A stretch of DNA of 64,000 bases. It comes from Squalus acanthias (taxonomy: Eukaryota). Location of the stretch: the NCBI GenBank assembly GCA_030390025.1, contig CM059432.1, positions 13,578,001 to 13,642,000 on the forward strand, given 5' to 3'. Made by a program: the position numbers and the translations under genes. This document shows, piece after piece, positions 11,993 through 22,495 of this stretch (its first letter is position 1; each line of letters begins with the position of its first letter). Below the pieces are notes generated by a model. That model did not search any database and was not told the origin of the DNA. It saw only the letters and a list, made by a program, of their open reading frames with translations.

Positions 11993-12986
11993 TGTTGTGG
12001 CTGCCGCGAAGCACGAATTGAGGCCGAGTCAACATGTGAAACACATAGGGCTAAAAATTCGGCTGCTTGCGCCTCCCGTTAGCGCCTTAAGAGGGCGCTA
12101 ATGGGGCGCAAAGCAGCTAACGCCCGGGCGCAGCGCCGCCCACGCCTCCCGCAAAATTCAGCGGGAGGTTAGCGGCGCCGCCAGCCGGTAGCGCCCTGTG
12201 GCGCTGCGCCGCCGGCGATGACGTCATCGCCGTGCACAGCACCCCGCTCGTGCTCCAGCCACGATCTTTAGATGCGCCCCCTGATTTACCGCCAGACGTT
12301 ATGTGCGACGGGTTCAGGGGGGCGTACGTGCGGCCGGGGCGGCGATATTTAAAGGGGAGGTGGCAGGCGGCCATTTTTGTTGCTGGCCGCCTGCCAGCAC
12401 CTGCCCCCGTTGCTGTCCCCGGCCCCCGTGAAGCCCCCCCACCGTGAAGTGCCGGCTGCGCTCCAAGAGCCCGGCACTTCTCTTGAGTGCCGGGCGCTTT
12501 TGCCGGCACTCCCGATCCCTGGGGGCCCAGCTGGGCCCCGGTTCGCGCTGCGCAGGGCCCCTCCCCTTTAAGAAGGGGAGGAAGGCCTGCAATACCGCGG
12601 CGCGATGTGCCGCAGCGCCAGCGCCAGGATATTCCCTCGCAGCGCCCCAAGAGGGATGCGGGGTGCTTCCAGTAGCGCCCCGCTTCCCTCTTGGGGCGCA
12701 ACCACTGAAGTTCCGGCGCGGGGGCGCTAATTTTTTCAGGGCGCTAAACGTAGCGCCCTGGCGAGGTTAGCGCCCCAAATGGGGCAATACTGAATTTTTA
12801 GCCCATAGCTTTTAATCACATCTCTGGTCCAAATGGCTGCAGCCACATTTTTCCTCAAAAACCCAGAGGCCACGCCCACTCCTTTTTTCCTGCCTTAAAG
12901 GCAGCATGCCTTAAAGGCAAGGTGCCTGATTTATTGTCCACGGACTGAAAAGTGGATTGCGCCCGTTTAGGTGGCGATCCGCCACA
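11993..12986 (-). repeat. 3' LTR of Gypsy copy A, interrupted at 12048-12804
   Basis: Same sequence as the 5' LTR, preceded on the minus strand by PPT GGGGGGAGCTG (12987-12997). Confidence 0.95.
12048..12804. mobile_element. Non-autonomous TIR element (PIF/Harbinger-like MITE, 757 bp) inserted in the 3' LTR of copy A
   Basis: TIR GGGCTAAAAATTC...GAATTTTTAGCCC. The 3-bp TSD ATA is shown by the empty site in the 5' LTR. Many subterminal TAGCGCC/GGCGCTA motifs; very GC/CpG-rich. Confidence 0.88.
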
Positions 12987-13006
12987 CAGCTCCCCCCAGA
13001 ATCCGC

Positions 13007-15375
13007 TTAGGAGGTGTGGACGAGACGGTGCGGCGGTCTGATGGGCCGGCCGGAGCGGCTCTTGTAGGACGCCGGTGGACGTGGAACGGCCGGGCGTGGA
13101 GCAGCCGGGTGAACTGGCTTGAGGGCAGGTCGGCCGCGTGGCGGTGGACGAGCTACCGGGACCTGCTCACCGGGCTCCAAGTGTGCTGGCTTGAGTCGGT
13201 CAACCGACACTTTTTTGGTCCTGCCGCCCACTTGGAGGGTGAAAAATTTGTCCCCAGCCCGTAGCACCTTGTAGGGCCCGTCGTACGGGGGTTGAAGGGG
13301 TCCGCGGTGGGCGTCGTGCCGGACGAAAACGAACCGTGCCTGGTACAGGCTTAGTGGGACGTGTGAGGTGGATTCGCCGTGTCGGGCAATGGGCACCGGG
13401 ACGAACTGTAGCACCGGTGAGGCGAAGTCGTGGCGTTGCTGGTCAGCTGACCAGGGTGTCGTGGCGGTGGGCAGGAACTCGCCGGGTACGCACAGTGGCT
13501 GGCCGTACACGAGCTCTGCTGCCGATGCGTGGAGGTCTTCTTTAACCGCGGTACGCAGGCTGAGGAGGACCCACGGGAGTCGGTCGGTCCAGGCGCCGTC
13601 CTGGAGCTGGCTCGAAGATGAGCCCGTGGTCGCTGAGGCGCCCGAACAGGATGCGAAGGTGTTCAAGGTGTTCCTGCTTGGAGGAACTGGCTACCAGGAT
13701 GTCATCCAGGTAGACAAACAGGAACTTCAGGTCCCGAAGGACCGAGTCCATGAGCCATTGGAATGCCTGGGCTGCGTTTTTGAGGCCGAAGGGCATCCGC
13801 AGGAACTCGAAAAGGCCGAAGGGGGTGATTACGGCCGTCTTGGGGACGTCCGCGGGGTGGACGGGGACTTGGTGGTAGCCGCGCACCAGGTCGACCTTGG
13901 AAAAGACTGAGCGGCCGGCCAGTCTAGCCGAGAACTCCTGGATGTGCGGCACGGGGTACCGATCAGGGTTGGTGGCGTCGTTGAGGCGGCGGTAATCCCC
14001 GCAGGGGCGCCAACCCCCGCCTGGTTTGGGGGCGATGTGGAGTGGGGAGGTCCAGGAACTGTTGGAGCGGCGGATGATGCCGAGCTGTTCCATGGTGGCA
14101 AACTCGGTCCGCGCGATCTCCAGTTTGGCCGGGTCCAGCCTGCGGGCGTGGGCGTACACTGGGGGGGCCTGTGGTGGGGATAAAGTATTCCACCCCGTGT
14201 TTGGCGGTCTCCGCGGAGAAGGTCGGATTGGTAAGGGCCGGGAATTCGGCCAGGAGTGCCGAGTAGTCATCCGTGGCCCGGGCGTGGCACTGTGACGCCA
14301 TGTCGGCGGGTTGACGGGGGGCCAGGGCGCCCAGGATGGGGGACATGGTGTTCATGTCCACGAGGCGGTGTCGAGGGATGTCTACCAGTAGGCCGTGGGC
14401 GCACAGGAAATCTGCGCCGATGAGAGGGGAGAGCACCTTGGCAGTGATGAACTCCCATCGGTAGCGGCGACCAGCGAGGTCGAGGGTGATTGTGCGGGTG
14501 CCATACATCTGGATGTCCGAGCCGTTAGCAGCAGCCAGCGCCGGTCCTTGTTTGCCCTTTTGGATGTCGAGGGCGGAGACCGGAATGATGCTGTGCTGAG
14601 CTCCAGTGTCGCACAGGAACCGGCGGCCGGTTTTGTCATCCGTGACGTACAGCAGGGAGCCCGCGTGGCCCACGGCCATCGCGGGGGCTGGTACGGGGGC
14701 AGACTTGAAAGAGCAGGGAGGTGTGCACCGTTGTGCCCTGGCACCGAACCGTGCGTGGTAGTAACAGTGGCCCGGGTTAGTGGGGCGCGAAGGCCCCGTG
14801 AGCCCGGTGGCTGGGCCTTGTGGCCGCGTGGTGGCCGGTGAGGGGCGCGCACAGGCAGTAGCTGCCAGGTCCGGAGTGATGTCGCGGTTGGAGTGAGCGG
14901 ACAGCAGCTTGTCGGCCTCATCGGCCAGGGCTTCCAGGTCCATGAGGCCGGACGCCACGATCGCTGGCCGGATGCGGAGAGGTAGCTGGCGGATGAACAG
15001 CGTGCGGAAGAGGGATCCGGGTGGGCTCTTGTTGGTGAGGGAGAGCATGTGGGAGAGGAGGTCTGACGGTGCGGCATCACCGAGGCCTGGAAGGTCGAGG
15101 AGGTGGCAGTTTCGCTGGTATGTCGAGGCCGTAAATTTTTTAAGGAGCGCGGCCTTAAGATGTGCATACTTGCCGTCCTCTGGTGGGTTCTGCAGCGCTG
15201 TCCAGACCTTCGTAACTGTGGAGCTACCGAGTGATTTGACGAGGTAGTCGTACTTCGTCCCATCTGTGGTGATTTGTTGCAGGCGGAATCGGGACTCGGC
15301 TTGGAGAAACCAGGCTTCGGGCTGGTTTTCCCAAAACTCCGGCAGTTTCACGCAAACTGCGTTCGTGTCCGCCAT
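13007..15375 (-). pseudogene. Disrupted gag-pol of copy A
   Basis: Gag VKLPEFWENQPEAWF, CHCC motif CYYHARFGARAQRCTPPC, protease LCDTGA, RT YLDD. Frameshift near 14165. A deletion near 13615 joins RT to late integrase. Integrase GPY/F motif PYDGPYKVL is retained. Confidence 0.92.
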
Positions 15376-15400
15376 TGCAGTGCTCGGAATACGTTCTGAG

Positions 15401-15414
15401 CGTCGGGGTCACCA
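15401..15414 (-). promoter_or_regulatory. Primer-binding site complementary to the tRNA-Trp 3' end (copy A)
   Basis: TGGTGACCCCGACG, 1 nt after the 5' LTR; complementary to the tRNA-Trp 3' end ...CGUCGGGGUCACCA as I recall it. Confidence 0.85.
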
Positions 15415-15415
15415 A

Positions 15416-15649
15416 TGTTGTGGCTGCCGCGAAGCACGAATTGAGGCCGAGTCAACATGTGAAACACATAGCTTTTAATCACATCTCTGGTCCAAATGGC
15501 TGCAGCCACATTTTTCCTCAAAAACCCAGAGGCCACGCCCACTCCTTTTTTCCTGCCTTAAAGGCAGCATGCCTTAAAGGCAAGGTGCCCGATTTATTGT
15601 CCACGGACGGAAAAGTGGATTGCGCCCGTTTAGGTGGCGATCCGCCACA
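15416..15649 (-). repeat. 5' LTR of Gypsy copy A (234 bp)
   Basis: TGTGGCGGATCG...GCCACAACA. I count only 2 substitutions against the 3' LTR after removing the MITE. Confidence 0.95.
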
Positions 15650-15962
15650 AGCTTTTGATACTGTATAATGTAAATAGTATTTATTTTAACACAGTTATCG
15701 TCCTACAAGATTATTTCTGGGCACTCTTTGTTCTTCAGATTTGTTCTGTAGTTTGATACCCGAAGCCTCATTATTATCCACCAGGCATTGTGACTCCTCA
15801 CTGTTATACAGAAATGCATCTTTGCACCCAGTGGATGCTTTAGACACATTGAAGCTCCATCTGATCAGAACCGTCCTCCTGGCCCCTCAAAAATAAAAGT
15901 TAAACATTAAAAGTTAGCATAGAATAGAAGAGCAGGGAGGTTATGCTTGAACTGTACAAAAC

Positions 15963-16900
15963 TTCTTCTCTTCTTAGGTAGCCCCTGGGAACCGAGGATG
16001 ACTTGCTTCCACATTAAAAATGAGTTCGCAGGTGACTGATGAGTCCAATGTGGGACCTATAGTCTCTGTAACAGGTGGGGCAGACGGTGGTTGAAGGGGC
16101 GGGGTGCTTGGGTTGACGTGCGCTCCTTGCGCTTGGCTTCCGCTTGCTCCCGGCGAAGAGACTCGAGGTGTTCGGTGCCTTCCCGGATGCTTCTCCTCAA
16201 CTTTGTGCGGTCTTGGGCCAGGGATTCACAGGTGTCGGTGGGGATGTTACACTTTTTCAAGGAGGCTTTGAGGGTGTCCTTGAAGCGTTTCCTCTACCCA
16301 CCTGGGGCTGTCTTGCTATGCCGGAGCTCCGAGTAGAGCGCTTGTTTTGGGAGTCTCGTATCGGGTATGCGGACGATGTGACCCGTCCATCGGAGCTGAT
16401 CGAGCGTGGTCAAAGCTTCGATGCTGGGGATGTTGGCCTGAGCAAGAACACGGACGTTGGTGTGCCTATCCTGCCAATGGATTTGCAGGATCTTGCGAAG
16501 GCAGCGTTGGTGGTACCTCTCCAGTGCTTTGAGGTGCCTACTGTACATGGTCCATGTCTCTGAGGCATACAGCAGGGAGGGTATCACTACTGCTCTGTAG
16601 ACCATGAGCTTGGTGCCGGGTTTGAGGTCCTGGTCTTCAAACACTCTCTTCCTCAGGCGACCGAAGGCTGCACTGGCACACTGAAGGCGGTGTTGGACTT
16701 CGTCGTTGACGTCTGCCCTTGTTGACAGTAGGCTCCCGAGGTATGGAAAGTGGTCCACATTGTCCAAGGCCTTGTCGTGGATTTTGATAATCGGGGGGCA
16801 GTACTGTGTGGCGGGGGCAGTTTGGTAGAGGACCTTTGTCTTACAGATGTTTAGTGTAAGGCCTATGCTCTCGTACGCTTCGGTGAAGGTGTTGATGATG
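15963..16900 (-). mobile_element. RTE-clade LINE 3' fragment
   Basis: VDHFPYLGSLLS...LLYASETWT...QLRWTGHIVRIPDTRLPKQALYSEL; same tail as 6092-6472. Confidence 0.88.
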
Positions 16901-17447
16901 TTTGGCCACAGCTAGAGTACTGCATACAGTTCTGGTCACCACATTACAGGAAAGATGTGATTGCACTAGAGAGGGTACAGAGGAGATTTACGAGGATGTT
17001 GCCAGAACTGGAGAATTGTAGCTATGAGGAAAGATTGGATAGGCTGGGGTTGTTTTCTTTGGAACAGAGGAGGTTGAGGTGTATAAAATTATGAGGGGCC
17101 TAGATAGAGTGGATAGGAAGGACCTATTTCCTTTAGCAGAGAGGTCAATAACCAGGGGCCATAGATTTAAAGTAATTGGTAGAAGGATTAGAGGGGAGTT
17201 GAGGAGAACCTTTTTCACCCAGAGGGTGGTGGGGGTCTGGAACTCACTGCCTGAAAGGGTGGTAGAGGCAGAAACCCTCATCACATTTAAAAAGTACTTG
17301 GATATGCACTTGAAGTGCCGTAACCTGCAGGGCTACGGACCAAGAGCTGGAAAGTGGGATTAGGCGAGATAGCTCTTTTTCGGCCAGCATAGACACGATG
17401 GGCCGAATGGCCTCCTTCTGTGCCGTAAATTTCTATGATTCTATGAT
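16901..17447 (+). mobile_element. CR1 LINE 3' fragment; its upstream part (about 15915-15962) is separated by an RTE insertion
   Basis: CR1 ORF2 C-terminus and (TTCTATGA)n tail. Confidence 0.88.
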
Positions 17448-19633
17448 TTCTTTGGCCCGTCTTTTGAGCGGCCTCCATCGGTCCCTTTAAGAACCGCTGG
17501 TTTAGATCGCTCAACGCTCAACTCTGCCTATTATTATCTCAAAATTGCCATTAGGATCCTATGTAGTTCTGAGCATCCCAATTTGCATATTACAAGTGGC
17601 TTCCCACCGGAAACAGCCGCCATTCTCAGGATCTACCCAAGGTAGTAATGGCTGGAGCCCCAGCGTGAATGGGACGATGAGTGACCTAAGGCCCTTTTCA
17701 GGCAGCTACTGCTTTGTTTACAACAGGCAGAGGGAGTTAAAATTGGCCCCAAAGAGAACAGTCATTCCTCACTCAGCCAATCTCAATTCTCCATTGATTT
17801 TTGCGCTGAAATGTTGGGTGCCCAGATGTACACAATGTATGAGTGACATCATCACGCATCCGCGGGATGTATGTGTTGTACTTGGTACTACATCACAACG
17901 GTGACTACACTTCCAAAGTACTTAATTGGCTGTAAAGCGCTTTGGGATGTCCTGAGGTCGTGAAAGGAGCTATATAAATGCAAGTCTTCCTTTTACAAAA
18001 TTTTTAATGCCAAAATCCAGAGGGAATCCTTGGTCACTAATCAACTGACTGGAAAAGAAATTGGGAATTCAGGGTGCAAATTGGTAAAAATCACTTTAAT
18101 GATCCCTACCGATCACAAATATATAAGAACACAAGGGAAGGGGATTAGAAAGAAAAGATCCAGCTGAAGAGCTAGCACTGACACAGGCACACGAGGGGTC
18201 AATGACCTCCTGTGCTGTAATTTCCATGCTTCTATCTTTGGTGCTCTAATTTAGGATTTCCCCATCAATGAGGGAACACAGTGTTAAGCACAAGACAAAC
18301 CAGCGAATAAGAAATATAAACAGAAATAGAACCGAGTTGCCAGGGCTTGGATGCCGCACATGACCGGCAGAGACAGCTTGGGCATTCCTGTCGTCCTTGT
18401 CTATGTCGCCATCCAAATTGTTAATATTATAGTTAGCAACATGCGCACATCTAGCACTGCATCGACAGTCTAATCACAATAGAGCCCCCCCCCACCCCCA
18501 CCCGTGGTGCCAGCAGGACCTCAGATCGGAACACTGCCGGGGAGCCAAATACTGGAGGAAAAAAGTAATTTTTTTAATGTTCTTCCCCGGGGGAAGGGAA
18601 GGGCTGTTTGAAAACGATCGATCACTGTTGTACTGTGCATTGTTAGGATGATCTGGAATGCGCTGCCTGGAAGATTGTTGAAGCAGAATCAACTGTAACT
18701 TTCAAGAGGGAATTGGATATATATTTTTTAATGAAAAATTTGCATGGCTATGGGGAAAGAGCAGGGGGGAGTGGGACTAATTGGATAGCTCTTTCAAAGA
18801 GCCGGCACAGGCACGCTGGGCCGAATGGCCTCCTTCTGTGCTGTACGATTCTATGAAAACATCAAAGTACAAATCATTTAATTTGGACCAACTATCGATC
18901 GCAAGGAATATTTATAAAAAATCAAAATAGAAGTTTCATTCCCTGGTAAAGTCAGTCCAGGCCACACAGGCCAGAAGGTAAAGGTTTGATGTCCAGTCTA
19001 TGCTGAGCTAGCTGCTCTCAGTCAATATTCAGTCAGTTGGCCTCAGTGCTGCTCGATTTGGGGGCAGGGGTTCCTCTCACTAAGCAGTGGCTCTTGCTGG
19101 AAAGTGCACGATTGGATATTAGTTTGCCAACATTCACTGTCGCGCGAGATCCAGTGAGATACCACACAGCTTCCACCCACGTGTGGTACCGTACCCCAGC
19201 ATGATTCAGCTTTTTCAGGAGAGAAGTCAACAATAAGATTTAAAAGAATTGAGATTTAGTATCTCAGACACAAACACATTACAGACACAGTGATAAAGTC
19301 AATCATAGGATTACAGATAAATAACCTTTGTCGTGACTGTCAGCTTTTCCCCCGAGTAATATTTTACTCAGAAGTAGCTTGAAAAAAATCAACTATTCCA
19401 AAGGAGATTTGCACAATTTTGAAAATGACTGGGACATAGTTGCCCCAAACACTAGGTTTGTTGGAACTGTGCATATAGACCTGCACGATCCCACATCTAA
19501 ACCCACTGGGCCATTGGAGAATAGAGACATGTGGTGATCCAGAGAGAAGAGACTTCAAACTTGCAAGCTAAGAATTTCATTGTAGGTTCACTAATGGCAC
19601 AGTAAGTTTTTCTGGTGAGTAGCTGAGCCATAC

Positions 19634-19948
19634 ATAAGAACATAAGAAATAGGAGCAGGAGTAGGCCATATGGCCCCTCGAGCCTGATCTTTTACATCAA
19701 CTCCACTTTCCCGCCCGATCCCCATATCCCTCGATTCCCTTAGAGTCCAAAAATCTATCTATCTCAGCCTTGAATATACTCAACGACTGAGCCTCCACAG
19801 CCCTCTGGGGCAGAGAATTCCAGAGATTCACAACCCTCTGAGTGAAGAAATTCCTCCTCATCTCAGTCTTAAATGACCGACCCCTTATCCTGAGACTATG
19901 ACCCCTAGTTCTAGACTCTCCAGCCAGGGGAAACAGCCTCTCAGCATC
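19634..19948 (-). mobile_element. CR1 LINE 3' fragment
   Basis: Reverse complement of the CR1 tail seen at about 2000-2470. Confidence 0.85.
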
Positions 19949-21267
19949 ATACAGACCCGCAAGTTCCCAGGTTCAATCGGTGGTCTGTGATGAGTTATCT
20001 GATCTTAGCCGGGGTAGTGTTATGGGCACTCCAATTAGCCTCACCTGGGTTAATGTGGAGACTTATCAACGAGAGTTCTTGCTTCTGATTGCTGCCAGTG
20101 ACCCATACTGTGTGTGTATGGAGTGAATGTCAAGTGAGGATAGGATCAAACTTGGCTGTAATGTCCCTAATGGTTAAAATAACCTACCAACACTCATGGT
20201 CATAATAGCCAGTTGGTGAGGTACCAAGTCTGTGGAACTCAAGGAGTCAATGCTTTCAGAAGAGGGGAAGGGAGAAAAGTGACGAGGAAAAAGAAATAAT
20301 TTTGTAAGAGAATTCAAGTAAGTAAGGAGGTCCTTGTGATAGCAGGTAGCATATAAAAATAATCCTAGACCACTCAGAGTCCTAATGCACTGTTTGGCAG
20401 CCTGCCATTGTAATGTGAAATGACATGATGCTCAATGCTTCTCACAGACATCCTTTTCAAAGAGATCATTGTGCAAATTTTTACTTGTAGTGAAAAATCC
20501 AAACAAATATGCTTTTGTTTTCTTTTGGAGGATTGTAGATACAGCAGTGTGCATTTTGTTCAACAATCTAGTTCTTGATCACTCAAGAGTTCCCGTCCCC
20601 ACTGTAAGGGCTGCAGAAGAATGCAACCCTTCCGTTGAAAGCATCAGTAGATACCATCTGGGCAACTGAGCGGTGTAACAAAACCGTAGGTTTGTATTGA
20701 GAATTTTCTATCAACGCCAACTTTTTAAATCTGTGTGCGTTTGGGTTCTGGCGAAATGACAAGATTTTTTTTCTATGTCTGCAAAAGCTTATTTACTTCC
20801 CGATGCCTACTCTCAGCGGACTATTCTGTTCAGTAACTGTGTGTTTGACTTTGAGGAGATACATCACTCCCACACCAACAAACTGAAATGCGGATTAACA
20901 TCTCTTCCTTTTTATGTCTTCTAGATCAAGCTGGTGGAACATATAAAGCTTTTTTAAAAATTCTTAATAGATACATTATTGCCTTTCCTGGTCACTTTTC
21001 AATAATGGGTCAACACGGTAATGTAGTGGTTTATGGAATTGGACTAGTCAACCTAGAATCATCAATTCAAAATCCCACCACAGCAAGTTGTGAAATTGAA
21101 TTGAATAAATCTGGTAAATTATGGGCTAGCGCCAGAAAACATAACCATGGAAACTGCCAGATTGTCATAAAAACCCAACTAGTTCACTAATGTCTTAGAG
21201 GGATGGGGACCTGCCACCCATTCCTGATCTGGTCTCCACTGACTCCATGTGACATGGTTGACTCTTA

Positions 21268-22137
21268 GGCCGCGATTTTGTAAATAGATGCGGCTTGGGA
21301 GAGGGTCAGGTGGTTTCCGGGTTCCAGTCCCGCCCCCAACTACATCCGGTCCACGGACGTGATTTTACGCTGATTGACCTTGTTAAGCCCGCCCTGCGGG
21401 CTTGCCGGCCAATTAAGAGGAAGCTGGTTAGATGACGTCATTTGATGATGCGTCATCTGCCGGTTTTCTTAAAGGGACCACGCACAATTTTTCTTTGACA
21501 GCTCATTTCTCAGTGTTTGACAGCATTGAGGTGCTGCAAACACTGACAATCACTGTTCAAAGGTGAGCTCTTGCACCCAGACTCTCCAGTGACTCGCTCC
21601 ATAAGCTGGAATAGATGGCAGCTGCAGGTGAGGTGACAGAAGCGATCTGTCACTGGTGAGAGAGGTTCTCCCAATGAGGTGGGACTAGACATCGATTTCA
21701 AAACTTTACAGAAAAGTGTAAAAGCATTAAAAATGATTTCCCCAACATTTCCTTACCTCTGAAACTCACCAGTGCACCATTGGATCCTTCACCCCATTTC
21801 TGCAGCGGTCATCAATGCAGAAACACTACAGCAGATTCACAACACGCCACACTTAGCTGGCATGGTGTCTGGACGTCGGGAACCCCGAGGCAGAAGCAGC
21901 AAAATTGAAAAAGAGCCTGTCAACTACTATCAACTACCTGTTAACAGGCAGGTAAGTGGCTTTAATCCTCTTCCCGCCGCTAGGTGTCGGGTCCATGCAC
22001 AAATCGGGGACCCGACACTTGGGAAAATTGTTTGGAGGTGGGTTGATAGCTGGATTGAAACCCGCCGTCAATCAAAACGATTTTGACCCTTGACCCACCT
22101 CCAAACCCGCCCTCTCAGTGCCAATAAAATCACGGCC
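21268..22137. mobile_element. PIF/Harbinger-like non-autonomous element (870 bp)
   Basis: TIR GGCCGCGATTTT...AAAATCACGGCC and TSD TTA. Its internal promoter-like block resembles the reverse complement of 11430-11540. Confidence 0.75.
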
Positions 22138-22230
22138 TTAATGTCCCCTCAATTGACTAGAATCATCACCTACTCAGGGCAGTATATGCGGCCTGAGAAT
22201 ATGTTTAAAGATCAACACAAAACAGGGTCC

Positions 22231-22455
22231 TGTGGCGGATCGCCACCTAAACGGGCATTATCCACTTTTCCGTCCGTGGACAATATATCGATGCACCTTA
22301 CCTTTAAGGCAGGAGTGGGCGGGGCCTCAGGGTTTTTCCAGAGAATTCTGGGAGCAGTCTGTTCAGCCATTTTTGTGCCATGCAGTTGATTAAAAAGTCT
22401 CTTGTTTAACACACATGGATTCAGCCTTAATTCGTGTTTTGCGGCAGCCTCAACA
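22231..22455 (+). repeat. 5' LTR of Gypsy copy B (225 bp)
   Basis: TG..CA termini; differs from the 3' LTR by about 4 substitutions and a 16-bp repeat-unit indel. Confidence 0.95.
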
Positions 22456-22495
22456 TTGGTGACCCCGATGCTCAGAACGTATTCAGGGCACTGCA

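Larger units (their letters stand above)
11993..15649 (-). mobile_element. Ty3/Gypsy LTR retrotransposon copy A (CsRn1-like), internally deleted
   Basis: TG..CA LTRs at 15416-15649 and 11993-12986 (the latter split by a MITE), 4-bp TSD AGCT on both sides, PBS, PPT, and gag-PR-RT plus integrase C-terminal coding sequence. Confidence 0.95.

Noticed and set aside
12117..12770. GC-rich ORFs of up to 194 aa
   Set aside because: They lie within a non-coding MITE; long ORFs are expected from stop-codon scarcity at high GC, and I see no recognisable domain.
15650..22230. Past inversion or segmental duplication creating the inverted Gypsy pair
   Set aside because: Each copy has its own matching TSD (AGCT versus GTCC) and its own LTR subtype at both ends, so they are independent insertions with no exchange.
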